A DNA stretch of 45,410 bases, filler included, from Sphacelaria rigidula (Eukaryota): the NCBI GenBank assembly GCA_964200075.2. It is 2 parts of 2 records of this genome, joined end to end, with 100 filler letters (N's around TTAATTAATTAA, not from the genome) between each part and the next. Parts side by side here need not be neighbours in the genome. Positions count along the whole stretch, not along the records: positions 1 to 22,671 come from CAXNAA020000321.1; positions 22,772 to 45,410 come from CAXNAA020000322.1. One strand, written 5' to 3'. The notes below the pieces were generated by a model. That model saw only the letters and a program-made list of their open reading frames with translations. It was not told the origin of the DNA and did not search any database. Both the position numbers and the translations under genes were made by a program. Positions 12,603 through 25,279 of this stretch are shown in pieces. Position 1 is the stretch's first letter. Every line of letters starts with the position of its first letter.

Positions 12603-12919
12603 CCGTTATTATTGTGTTTGCATGTATAGATGTGGCGTAACAGCATGATATGCTGTTGTAGCTTTGCCCATGCGTGAGTGACTTGTGTGTATTTGTGATC
12701 TCGTCATGAGCTGATCCCGCTCCGTGTCTCGAAAAAGACGCATGGTGCCCAGGGATCAGTAAACCCGTGCTCACCCTGGTCCTCGCGCTTCCATCATTAT
12801 GTAGTATTGAGCCAGTCGCGAACCCGGGGATGTCTACCGTCACCATCGAATTCATTCGAATATTCTCAAACACCCGCTTTCACGTCTTGGAACGATAGTT
12901 TTCGAAGGGGGGGAGGGGG

Positions 12920-12988
12920 GGTGTACTCATTTGTTGCTTGCCTTAGTGGTTTGACCATTGACCACGCATCCCTTTCGAGACGGAGCAT
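12920..12988. repeat. Dispersed repeat; inverted copy at 45251-45320
   Basis: gtactcatttgttgcttgcctta..tttgac..ccctttcgagac shared; both copies abut a G/C homopolymer run. Confidence 0.75.
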
Positions 12989-13422
12989 GGAGGGGACAGA
13001 CTCATGACTGAAAAATTGATTGTTTTTCGTCTTCTCGTCACAGCGTTATTTTCAATCCTCATCGTCATTTTGGTGCCGTTCTCATTCTTACCATAATCAG
13101 TGTCACTCTCCTCGCTACTTTTACGACTCTTCACGTTCCACGTTCCACAGCGTTACACGATACGTTCACATTACCTTTTCGGCTGGAACGTAACGGTCAC
13201 GTTAACAATCTTCGCGTGATCAACGCAACGTAACGTAACCTTTGAATCTTCAAATGGAAGGTTAACATAATGTTGGTATTTTTTTAACGTGAACGTTAAA
13301 CTGTCCAAACGTTCGAAGCACGTGATACGACACGTTCCATGGAACGTATAACGTCGTAAACACGTGACATGAAGCAGTGCACACTTCGAGCTTGCAATGA
13401 AATTTTAAATCCTCGAAGATTG

Positions 13423-14949
13423 CACACGTCGGAAAGATCAGCCCCCTGTAGCTCGAGCTAGCCCTGTTTCAGCGTAGCTCCCTGGTGAGCTATGAGAGCT
13501 ACATGAGCTACGCATGTTGGCCCGAGGAGAGCTACCAACCCGTAGCTCATCAGCTCAAAATCGCCCTGGGTGAGCTATGAGAGCCGCGTGAGCTACTCAT
13601 GTTTCCTGGGTGAGCTACCAACCCGTAGCTCACTAGCTCATATTTGCCGCGGATGAGCTATGAGAGCTGCATGAGCTACGCACTTTTGCCCTGGATGAGC
13701 AATGAGAGCTACATGAGCTACGTATGTTTGCCCTGGATGAGCAATGAGAGCTACATGAGCTACGGATGTTTGCCCTCGGTGAGCTATGAGGGCTGCATGA
13801 GCTACGCATGTTTGCCCTCGATGAGCTAGTGGATGTATCTCATCCGCCCATGTTTGCCTTGGGTAAGCTGTGAGAGCTACGTCAGCTATGCATGTTTGCC
13901 CTAGTTGGGCCAAATAGATACTGGAGCTACGCCGATTTTGGAGCTGTTTCTGTTCCAATGCCCACGCACATTGATACGTGAAAACCATTACATGTGCACG
14001 CACCTGTGTCTCGTTTGGTCCGGTGATGGACTTGTCGTTTGTGAACATCAACAATGACCGCATCAGAAGCCATCCCCACCGTAGCCACCACACCCACACA
14101 ACAAGAAAACCGCCCTACATGGCGACCACCGGGGGCAGTAGCTCTAGCGGCACTTCAGTCGGAGATGATGCCGTGGATCTGGATCCTCCGCAACAGGCGA
14201 TCGATGTGGAGGAAGAAGTGAACACACATTCAATATTTGATAGCTTAACCCTTTCGACGGCGAGTATAGGTCATCTGTTGAATCGGCTTCAATTTCACTT
14301 GAAAAAAGTATGCATGTCCAGATGGACTCGTACCTCCACGCTCGAGCGGTCAAAGGGAATGGCTTTGTCGATTATTAAAGACACCGAATCTCGATCATGT
14401 TACAACCATTCGACCATGTGAACGAGGATTCGTGTTTAGCTCTTTCCTTCCCGCCGCGAAAAGCGAGGCAGAAGAACACAATCCAATGATGTGTTACGCT
14501 GTCCATTCGAACAAGAATGTAGCATCATGAGCGACACCTGGTTAGCGAAGCACATGATGTGAGTGATCTAGAGCGTTTGTTCCTGCCGTAGCTCATCCAC
14601 TCATATTGTCCTGGGTGAGCTCGAAGAGCCTGTTCGCCTTGAGTGAGCTATCGAGTGTAGCTCATCCGTATATGTTTTTGCTGGGTGAGCTATGAGAGCT
14701 ACATGAGCTACGCACGTTTGTCGTGGATGAGCTACCAACCCGTACCTCATTAGCACATATTCGCCGCGGGCAAGCCATGGGAGCTACATGAGCTACGCAT
14801 CTTTGTATTGTGTGAGCCATCAGCCCGTAGCTCATCAGCGCACGTTTACCTCAAGTGAGCTATCGGACGTAGCTGGTGGCATGTACATCCTTGACTACTA
14901 GTGAGCTACAGCTCGCAGATGAGGTAGCTCATGAGCTGTCCGGCGTGTA
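13423..14949 (+). mobile_element. Non-autonomous hAT-family element, copy 2
   Basis: Termini cacacgtcgga / tccggcgtgta; degenerate 8-bp TSD gaagattg / aaagacta; ~42-bp tandem units (gagctatgagagctgcatgagctacgcatgtttgccctgggt). Confidence 0.8.
14249..14357. mobile_element. piggyBac-type MITE within the hAT element (homologue at 4275-4384)
   Basis: ttaa-ccctttcgacggcgag ... cggtcaaaggg. Confidence 0.55.
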
Positions 14950-15368
14950 AAAGACTATGCTCCAGTAAACACGAGTGAGTTCGAATGACTACGGTATGGT
15001 ATAGGACATACTATTTCAGTAAGTTCGCAGGCAACGGCCGATATTGACTGGAGGCTGCGGCACCCACTATTTGTGGACCGGCCGACTCCCACCCTGGATC
15101 CATCTCACGTACTTGTTGCACGTGAACGTAACATGAGCGGGCACGTTACACCCGGTCTCCTCTATCGATATGAATGTGGTCAAGATGATCATGTTATGAT
15201 GCTGTGCTGCAACTATAATTTGTAATGTGTGCTGTGGCGCGGAGCGCGAGAACTTGCTGAAGTAGTATATTCTACAAGGTTCCCCTTCGGGAGATTAGTA
15301 CGGGCCTCCCGGGGGTGACGCAAGTAGGAAATATGTGGTTAACCCTTAGATCGCGAGAGTATCTTGAT

Positions 15369-15573
15369 TGTGCGAGTCATCACACCCCCCCTGGACCGAA
15401 TTTCAAAGCTCGATTACTCCATGACGAAGAGGGTGCCAATACCAAACGACGTGGTTTCGGGCAGCCGTCGACGAGATCTTTTCAGTATCACCCTTTTCAA
15501 AACTGATGCTCTTCTTGTTGTGGAGTAATCAAGATTTGAAATTCGGCCCAGGGGGTGTGCGATGACTCGCACA
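15369..15573. mobile_element. MITE with ~60-bp TIRs
   Basis: tgtgcgagtcatc..ctggaccgaatttcaaa..gattactcca vs tggagtaatc..tttgaaattcggcccag..gatgactcgcaca. Confidence 0.75.
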
Positions 15574-18500
15574 GTTACGGGTAGTCCATCTGGATCACGC
15601 ATACACCTTTCAAATAAATTGTTTAGTCTGATGTATCTCGATGTACAGTAGTGATCGTGGTTGTACAGATCATGGCATGTGTTTCCGGATGGTGGCTCCG
15701 GATAAGGTTGACCAACGTGACTAACACGGATGTGAAAGTTGTACAATTGTTGGGCGACGATAATTCCGACATGTGTGGCATATGCGTAACTGCTCATCAG
15801 CGGTGCACGTTGTGCGTGACCGTGCTCAAATCTGTTCCGAATTTATTCAGAAAAGATTATTTGTCTGAGACGCGCTCACAGTACACGCTTACAAAACGGT
15901 CAGCAACGACACGTTTTCGGTTGTTTTTGACTTGCACGCGACCGCCATTTGTCCAACACAAAACGGATTTCCGTCAAACAAAGACTGACGTGTGCAGATG
16001 AGCAAAGGCCAGCAGTGAATTTCATGCGCGTGAGTAGTAGGTGTCTGTGCGTGTTTTGCCGGGGCTGGATGTGTAGGTGTTGTGTTGCCAAGTTGCGTCT
16101 TTTCTGCAGCATGACACAGACCTTGAACCAACGATCACTTCCAGACCCGCCGAATTTCTGAACCTGCGTGCAGATCTGGGGTCCAATCTATACAAAACTG
16201 CTTTACGATAGGACTCAGGACTGGTCGTCATGGCGCCGATTCCCCGTCAAGGGGGGATTGCGAAAGAGGGGATAATCCCCTTCGATAAGAAGTGCCCTGA
16301 GAGTTTGCATTTCTCTGAAACAAAAGAGTAGCGTTGGCTGGCTGTTGGAATGCGTGGAACATTCCTGGCATGTTCTTCTCACTTGGGAAGCTCGCGGATA
16401 TGTTCTTTCAGTGCTTCGCTTTTTCTCTGTACATGAGGATTGCGTTTTTCTCTTCAACCGGCCGAACTTTTTTATCGGGCCTTTCCTCTCGAAACTCCAC
16501 CTACTACGTGCTTGGGTGTTACGATTCGCGCGTGTAGGGGACTACATGTTTCCAGCCCCGCCCGAGAGAGAAAACACTAATACAGTACGACCGAAGTGGA
16601 AGTTCGTGTTGTTGCCGGATAATGTCGCCTAGCTAGCAATATATTCCGCTCGTGCGCGGTGGTCGTTAGTTCACGTGTATACAATTTTTCTTGTCTTCGG
16701 AGGGAAACCCCCGAGCCCTCCAAACCCATGGTAGCGCACTTTTTGTACTGCAAGGTCTTGTCTCGAAAATTAATAGTGAAACCCCCCCCGAGCCCTCCAA
16801 CCCCATGGTTTCGGACTTACTGAACTGTACGGTCTTGTTTCCAAAACAAGTGGTATAGTTTGTGGTGTGCCAGATAATAATGATTAGCTAGCTAGCTAGC
16901 TACCTAGCCATATATTCCGCAGAGTGGTGGTTCTTGTCTGAAACGATTGCACATCACTGTGGCTTCCACATCACCGGGCCTTTTTTTCAAACAGGGTGAA
17001 TGTTACTTGCAGCTGAATATTCCTGTGTTGCCGTGCTGCTGTGCCCTGTTCAACTCGCCAACGGCCCATTGCACGGTCTTGTGTTTGAAGTCGACTAAGG
17101 CCAAGGCAATGTTCAGTTGTTTTCAACCGCTTTTCTCTCATGTTCTCGTCATACTGGCGGCATAACCGGTGTGTCCGTGCTCCCAAATGAACGAGAACGC
17201 AACAAAGAGAAACACGGGGGGAAAAAAACCCGCCAAAAGTAATAATGCTTCAAGTTCTCATGATCTTCCACAGACTTTTGTGGTTCGGGCCCCTGTTTCA
17301 AGTTTTTCATGATTTTGGAAAGGCTTTTGTCGTTCGTGATCGACACCTCGCGAAAAAGGGTCAATTTGAGCGACTTTTGGTGGCCAGAAAACGCGACACA
17401 GGTATCAGATGACACCAAAAACTTAACGGTAATGTACCGCTGAGCCTTCGAGTGAACTGCAACAGAAAGCGCGGGAAACAATGCCTTGCCGCCAGAAGAA
17501 ACCCAGCAAAAGCAGTGGAAAATGTGTAATGATACTTGCACATATACCGTGATCATCCGAACTCACTCGTGGTTTTGAATTACATTCTTCTAGGCTTTCA
17601 ATTTCATTGCAAACTTGCACACGTCGGACAGCTCATGAGCTACCCAAAATAACTAATCGAAGGGGAGTCTCGGATCCCTTATCCAAAAGCACAAATAACG
17701 TGACAGCAGGGTCCGAAAAGCCAAAGCGCTACCCCTGCGCCACTCCGTGTGCTCGGTGTCCAGCTTTGTGGAGAAAACATATGGAAAAAGCGGCCACAGT
17801 ACACTGATCCGGAAAAACGAGGGAACACGAGACTCCCAACCCAGACACGGGTGAGCTCCCATAGCCAAATCAAGGAAGACTTCGAAAACTTTCCTTGCCA
17901 ACGAAGCGTTCGCCCAGACCGTGCCCACCTCCGTGCACGAGTCGAACCGAGCTCCCAACGCAGATATGGGCGAGCCCGCGAAACCAACCCAAACTTCTCC
18001 GAGGCTTTGCACCCGCTCGTACAGTGTGTCCGTCCCACCGCACGTGGTACAGGCAGCCTTGCAAGTATGACTACAGGGCAGTAACTCTTCGCAAGCGTAA
18101 TGGTTCTTGTATTTTTTGTCGCTTCCGCCAGAAACGGAGAGGGCGACCCACAGAAGCGGACTGGGTGGCCGACTTCGTTGCTTTTTCCTGTTTTTTCACT
18201 GGTACTTTCTTTCCGGCCTTGCCAACTCCCCGGCCGTTGTCAACTCCTACAATCCCGCGGCCACAGGGCCATCTCCTCCTCGCTCGTGACCATGCTTTGA
18301 GTAAGACGAACCGTCCCCTTCTCCTGGAAAATATCATCCCTTCTCCGTCGATATGGGACATGGTATTGTCCTGACCACCCGCAACGATCGTTGCACCATG
18401 CCACCAGCAGCTCTCCGTTACAGCCGCTGCAAATGCTACGCATCTTCACCCGCACGTCTGTAGGTCTGGTCACTCTTGCAGTGCCTTCACTGGTATGATG

Positions 18501-18718
18501 GGTGGGCTACCGTCGAGGACTCCTGTTGAGGTGGCCATACAGCCCTATACATCTATGAGGACGTACTACACAGATTGTACCGATTGACGACCCGTTGCTC
18601 ATTGGCTGCATTCGGGCTACGACAGACGCGCTCCCTCTTCCTTGGCCATATTTTATTCGTAGTATTGAATCTACCAATCACGCTAGCGTGTCGAGATATC
18701 CCGTACTAGTCTAGTTAA

Positions 18719-18857
18719 CCCTTTGAGAACTAGACCCCCAGGGAGTGCTGATTTTTGTTTTGGTGAATCGGCATCATTTTCAGTTATTTTCAAGTCAAAA
18801 TGATGCCGATTCACAAAGATTCATAGAACAAGAATCAGCACTTTAGTTCCCAAAGGG
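18719..18857. mobile_element. piggyBac-type MITE
   Basis: Intact TTAA on both sides; TIR ccctttgagaacta / tagttcccaaaggg; internal inverted repeat gtgaatcggcatcatttt / aaaatgatgccgattcac. Confidence 0.85.
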
Positions 18858-21846
18858 TTAAACTGAGTTCGCAGATTTTATGCTAAATGTTGATGTTGGC
18901 TCGGCGCACGTCGAAGCATTGCTGGACGACTAACCCGGTTGCTAGCAGTTGACAAACAGCATCCCTCACGAAGTTCGAGAGTCGAGTGGGGAAAAATCTA
19001 AAGCTATGACGGAGACCGCTGACATCAACTTGCGTACAGATATGTGATCACAACACCAGTGTTAGTTTTTTCCGAAATCAAAACTACATTTTCTCTGTGC
19101 AGTGATGTGTCTGGTCTGCATTTTGGTTCAAAGATTCGGCGATTTCTTGCGGTGGACGTTGGCCCAACACCTTCAAATGGTGCAGAAAAGATGTGTCAAA
19201 GAAGCACAGCACCTCCTAAACACAGCAAGCCCCGGAAGGACGCGCGGTGATTCTCGCCACACACGCGCATTAGCTCTAGCGCCAGCCCTTGCTTACCGAC
19301 ACAGCAAAATTCGACGAGATTTGTTCAGTGGTGATAAAACGACGGCAGCGGGTCATTCTCCAGCTGAGAATATGCCGATGCCGATCCTTTGTGTGCATCT
19401 TCCTGGAGCGACTGCAGGATTATGCACCATGTCGCGGTTAAACCAAGCTATTACCCAAGAATCGGCATTGAAAAATGGCCGCCCGAGCATGACCTGGACT
19501 CTGAGGCAACCCATGCCATGTCTGTCGAGCAGTTGTTTTGACGCACGATTACACCCCTCTACAACCTAGGGACCATCGAGAACACTCAAGCACCTGCTTT
19601 GAACGCTTATGGCCCCGTGTCGAGGTTCAATCAGGTGCTCCCACGCAAGTACATGAAGAAGTGTCACAAAACCCTCTTGTGCTCCCTGGAACCCATGCAA
19701 GGGGGCGGGGCGTGACATGTGCTCCTGGGACGAAAGTTGCACGCCCTAATGTTTTGCTGTTGTCCTCGTTAATTTCCTCGTTGCTGCTGCGCCGCTGTCG
19801 ATTGATTATGGAAAGCCGTTGTTGGCACCTTCGGAGTCGCCGAAGCCCCCATGATGCCACCGACGTGGGGGCTGCTGTTCGAGCAAAAACAACGGGGATA
19901 CTATGCTTCCTGAAGGGTTCAAACGAATCATATACTATTGCCGTAGTACTGCCGACATTTCCGTGCAACCCTTCCTCTCGTTTTTGCTGGATAATGATCA
20001 AATATAGCAGCGATTCATTCGTTTGTTTTCTTTACGCTTGTAGGCCCTCTTGGTGCTCGGGACAAGTCCGAGGTCTTGAAGAACTTACCCATCTCTACCC
20101 CATGACACACCTCGCATTTTGGCGTCGCGGATTGGATCATGACTACCACAACGCGCCGACTCTCGTTCAAAACACTGATTTGATACCCGCGCCCCACATG
20201 AGGTATAGTTCAGACAAGAACCCAGATGCATCTGGCGAGAATCGAGTCGCACTCTTCCGACATGCTGGTTTTCAGTTGTATCATCAGAGTATCTGGGCGA
20301 CGCGTACAGAGTGAAAAAGGCAGTACATGTGTAGCACACCTTCTTGTCCCCCCGTTCATCCTCCAACGTTTTCCAGGCAAATTTGTTTTTTTGTTTGCCT
20401 TATACTACCGAGAATGCTGCACGCGAGTGTAAGTATGGTGTACTCAACCTCTACCCGCCCCAATGACTGTTGTGCCCGTTCTCTGTTGATGCGTGCCCTA
20501 ACCTTTGACGGCGCTGCTGGTGCTGCAGGCAAAGGTGGACGTCGGTGTCATTCGGGAGAAATTGCAAAATCTTAGTCTTTCCCTTGAAGCAGCATTGCGG
20601 GGGTTGGATGGATGAGGGAGTGTTGTGAGCGTGGCTGATGACAGAAACGTGGCGTGACATGGCACGCCAACCTGGTCGTTTTGTTCCGTCACCATGTCTC
20701 CGTGTTTGTTTCCTGTGTTGAATGTGTGTATGTTCGTGTCACGATGTGTGCATGGGTGCTTTGAGCTGTGCTTATCAATTTTGTTTTATCGGGCATGGGC
20801 AGGGTGGGATGGGATGGGATGGGATGTGATGTGAAGAGTGTCGGTAGCGCAGGGCCTGATGCGTTCCGATGCCGGGCGTACGATCTGGTTTCTGTTTGTT
20901 CTTGGTGATGTATCTTTGTATTTGATTGACTGGACCGGATTGAATCCGGTTAACTAGGTTCTTGGACCGGCTCATGGAAGGAAAGGAGATTCGTGAACGA
21001 AGATTCGGTCTCGTTCAGGTGGTGTAGACACTTTCGTTCATGGCTGAAATAAACACACACGGATGCAGAGATTTCGTGCTCGCATACTGGCAAATCTTGA
21101 TGGAACTACGGTGAACCACGAGCAGAAATGAGCCATTTCCCGTAGCGGAACATGATTCTGACGCGGTATGGGGGTTACTGCTCCCCCTTTCGATGTAGTG
21201 AAGTTCTGCTATCGGTGTACGGAAGGACAGCCGTTTCCCAACGACGATACGCTGTAGGCCTTCGTCTGCTACATTGCCGCCCACGACCCTCGACCATAAA
21301 TCAAGACGATACATTGAGGCGCGCTGCGGGGGAGGGACTCGAGGCGTTGGTGAGGCGTTGGTGGGAGTAGAAAGTGTTACGGGGGATGTCATGGCTCAAG
21401 CCCATATGTTACGGTCGATGTTCTCAACTCGTGACGCAGCGTCGACTGTTGCAGACCGCGCTTCCGGTAGTGGTGTGTCCCTCCTGTAAAAATCCGCCGT
21501 TCTATTCTTTTATTTATGTTTTTGCCCTTTTGTCTGTTTGCATCTTGCATCTCGTTTGCAAGCATTCAAGTAGCCCGAGCTTCGAAAAACTCAGTCTTGG
21601 AACCTCGCAGGGGAGGGGGGAAGCAGAGAATGGGATGATTTCCTCCGTCATTTTTACAGGGTTGCTGGGCGGCAGACAGGGAGGGAGTGGATGAAGATCT
21701 GTGACGTATGTACTGTGGAGTGTGTATTTCGTTGTGCACACTGTTCACGTGTTCATGTTGTGTTTGAGATGTCTATAGGCCCGTTTTTATTTGTTTCCCC
21801 TCCTATTTCTGTGCGTGGCTTCTGAAGCGGAAATGTGACGGCTGTC

Positions 21847-21995
21847 CTTATGATATACATGGACGTCGAAGTCACGTTGCTGGCAGGCAGGTCAGAGAAA
21901 TTATGAGTATTACTAACACTTCCTTATGATATTCATGGATGTGCGAGCCACGTTTCCGGCAGGTCAGGGAGACCGCCAATATTACCAACATATCC
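21847..21995. repeat. Two diverged ~76-bp tandem copies
   Basis: ccttatgata..catgga..cacgtt..ggcaggtcag..tattac.aaca twice. Confidence 0.6.
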
Positions 21996-22606
21996 CATTT
22001 TCGTGGCTGGGGCATTTGATTCACGTGGGAGTATTCTCCAACATATTCCTGACCGGGGGAGTAAATATCCGGACTTGTGTATGTGATCGTGTATTATGAT
22101 GCACAGGGCGTGTTGGTGACCGATGCCTATTTTCGTATTTTTCTTTTGTGTTGGTGTTGTTGTTTCGAGCTAGAAAAAATCAATTTGCATGTTTTGACTG
22201 GGAAAGTGGATCGAATAGCAAAGCATAGGATTGGCAAGCGATTCTCGCGGCAGGTTTATTTTGATGGAGCTGTCCGAAGTGAACGTTCAAAGGCACCGTC
22301 GTTATTGTGTCGATCGCGTCGGATTACGCCTTTTTATCCGCAATTATTATCCGCTCTTTTGTTCTTTTTCGAATGCTTGGTGACAAGAAACAAATGACTG
22401 TTTCTGTAATCATGGACGGGAGTTCTTTTTTTTTTGTGACTGTAACAACGAGCGAAATGTCGTTTCTGGCTGGTTGATGATTTGGTGCATATGTGAGGGT
22501 CTTGGATCAGCGAAAGATGGAGAGAAGAGAAGGCAACGGATATGCAGGAGTTTTTTTTCATCCGAAAATACATGGTTCGTGTTTTGTGACTTCATCTATG
22601 CCCCGC

Positions 22607-22649
<43 letters not shown>

Positions 22650-22671
22650 CCCCCAACACACCACCACGCCC

Positions 22672-22771
22672 NNNNNNNNNNNNNNNNNNNNNNNNNNNNN
22701 NNNNNNNNNNNNNNNTTAATTAATTAANNNNNNNNNNNNNNNNNNNNNNNNNNNNNNNNNNNNNNNNNNNN
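22672..22771. other. Assembly gap with artificial TTAATTAATTAA linker (22716-22727)
   Basis: 100-nt N block with a centred palindromic linker giving stops in all six frames. Confidence 0.9.
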
Positions 22772-24176
22772 CCTGCAATGAAGGGATGGGACTTCAACCT
22801 CATATTTTGTTTCAACCCCAAAAATTAGGATCGGCTGTTAGAAGCTTTTTTTTTTCACGAGTTGAGGGCGATAATCAGTTTTTAGTTCCAGTAGAGTAAA
22901 ATACCCTTAACTCACGAACTGAAAAAACTTCTGGTGCTTCTGTAATGTTTTTTTAATGCCCCATGCATTGTCCATATCACATTTTACGCTCCAACCTTCA
23001 AGTATTGGCCGGCGCATTCGCCCGCAATCTTCAAATCCGCCTCCAGGCTGGCCCAGAGGGGTAGTTCAGAACTCAACTACTTCATTAATTATTGACCGCT
23101 TCAAACTCTCAGTCGTATCGTAGACTCTCAGGTGGTGCCTCAGCGCATTATTTTTCGATCGTGGTGCGGTCGAAACTTGGTGGAAAAGGAAAATTCGATC
23201 TGATTTAGTCGTGACTTCAACTCTCGTCATTTCCGTTGAAATTACAGCCCATCAGACAAAAACAAATTGTGCGAATTGAGGTTTAACTCCGAGGTGAGGT
23301 TCAAACCCAAAACAGTGCTTCCTTTCCCCACACTTTCAGCGATGGTTCCCAATGACGTTTTTGTCGGCCTAATGCCCCTTGATCGCATAGGTACTTTTTC
23401 AGCGCAATTCACCGTCTCTGTGAGCTTACAGCGCTGACCGAAACGGTCATTTCCCCCCCCTTTTTGAGGGGGATGATCGCTAAAAACTCGGTGAACAGTT
23501 TTTTTTATCTCATCGGGATCCGAGTTTTATAACAAATTAAGTGGAAAAAATATAGTTTTTTTGCGATTTTGTCGATCACCGTAACTCCTTTGGTTCCACA
23601 ATCTTGCCAGATTGTAGCTTGGACAAATACACGCCGGTGAGTAGCCTAGGTGCGCCGTGGTTCGTAGCCCGGGACAACGAAAATGGGAAATCGTCGAGTG
23701 GAAACCCCACTCAAATAACAAGTACTTGGGGGGATTTTATGGCGTGCAAAATCAGGGGATGAACGAGATCTCCGGTCTGTTCGTGCTTCTGGTCGGTGAC
23801 ACTTTTTTGGCTCATTTTGGGGGGTCAGGTGCGCCCATAACTGTACACAGATATACATACCTCCTTGATGAAGTCACTGGGGCATCAACTTCGTGTTCCA
23901 TGAGCCCGTGTTTTCACCGTCAACCTACGGTATTGTGAACATATATAATTTACCAGGATCATACCGGCCAGCAGGTGCTGAATACTGAATACTGTTTCTT
24001 GTATACTGGATTCGAATTCCACACGTAAGAGGTAGCTTTTCGTACGCACAAGATTCAAATCACACCGGTCGACGAGAAGCTGCTGTGTTTGAACGAGCCA
24101 AGTCATATAGGTGGAAACTATGTGATGTTGTACAGATGACATAGTTCTGCAGATCAGTCCCCCATCAAAGTGTGTA

Positions 24177-24178
<2 letters not shown>

Positions 24179-24212
<34 letters not shown>
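24179..24212. repeat. (TG)n microsatellite
   Basis: Perfect dinucleotide run. Confidence 0.95.
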
Positions 24213-24214
<2 letters not shown>

Positions 24215-25279
24215 GCGGGTCATGCAGCTCGTCACTCGGCAAACACCTACGGGTCAAACGGGTCCTACAGATCTCCATCGGACAAGCGTGCATGGGTGAC
24301 AGGACACCTCGGACAAATCATAATCTATGCCCAAGTGAGCCCACCCGGATCTGTCACGACCTGATCCATCCGACGTGTGTAGTATACAGTACAGTACATT
24401 CCAGTACAGCACATTGCAATGCAGAACACTGCGGTGCAATGCATCGCGGTCCGGTACAGCGGTACATACAGCACAACTGTACTTCTAAACAAGCAAGAGA
24501 CATGCCACATGGCAACGATTTTTGCACCATGTTACCCACAAACGATGGGGGAAGGTGTCATGAACTCCAACGGAACGGCGGTGCAGCATTCCTGCTGCAC
24601 AGTACAAATAGACTATGAATTGTTTATACTGTCTTCTTCTAGCTGAACACACACACGCAAGATCGGCAATAGTGCAGAGCTGTACCAAAGGCAAAACCTT
24701 GTGCGCACCGAGCATATTCAATTTCACCCAGTACAACAAAGCGAATGCTGATACCATAGCGGCTGCAGATAAGTCGCCTGCTGCGATGTCCAACGTTGCT
24801 ACTCTATGCGACTGGTGCCCACGCCCAGTAGCTCATCCAGGCAAAAACGCGTGGCAACGATAGATCTCATAGCTCAGCAGGGAAAACATGCGTAGCTCAT
24901 TCAGCTCCCATAGCTCACCCAGTACGAATATGCGCTGGTGAGCTACGTACGTCTTGGTAGCTCACCCAGGGCAGACATGCACAGCTCATCTAGCTCTCAT
25001 AGCTCATCTAGGGCAAACATGCGCAGCTCATCTAGCTCGCAAAGCCCACCCAGGGCGAATATGCACTGATGAGCTATGGGGCAGTAGCTCACCCAGGACA
25101 AACATGTATAGCTCATGTAGCCCTCATAGCTAAGTAGGGAGCTACGCTAGAAAAAAGCTAGCTCGAGCTACCGGAAGCTGATCTGTCGGGTGTGTGCAAC
25201 TTCGCGACTTAACATGTTTCATGACTAACGAGGACTTTGCTGAAGCTTCTGACACACTGTATTTATCATCACTACTTGT

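Larger units (their letters stand above)
19060..24050 (-). pseudogene. hAT transposase relic (frameshifted)
   Basis: Collinear minus-strand motifs: BED-like RKATSYVW..C..KH (~24046-23905), RCATHVL (~20330), RWVS (~20090), FEPF..APT (~19920), LIEPR for LDPR (~19625), hATC-like HIFS..TARNRR..ENVVLI (~19200-19065). Confidence 0.6.
17618..25196 (-). mobile_element. Decayed autonomous hAT element, copy 3, inverted; spans an assembly gap
   Basis: Termini cacacgtcggac / gtcgggtgtgtg; flanks caaacttg / caacttcg; AGCT array at 24830-25185; internal hAT transposase relic. Confidence 0.6.

Noticed and set aside
12169..12873. Poly-Cys/Val/Asn/Thr ORFs
   Set aside because: Translations of the (GTT)n microsatellite
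13490..13900. Regular ~42-bp repeats as a CRISPR array or a 14-aa repeat protein (ORF 13638-14099)
   Set aside because: No unique spacers or cas genes; the units are hAT subterminal repeats found in all three copies, and the ORF is a by-product of the 42-bp period
19538..20314. Longest ORF (258 aa, + strand) as a gene
   Set aside because: No recognisable domain; antisense shadow of the hAT transposase relic
21186..21330. Second hAT dimerisation-domain fragment on + strand (FDVVKF..RFPT..PPT)
   Set aside because: Needs a frameshift and lacks ERxFS; too weak to call
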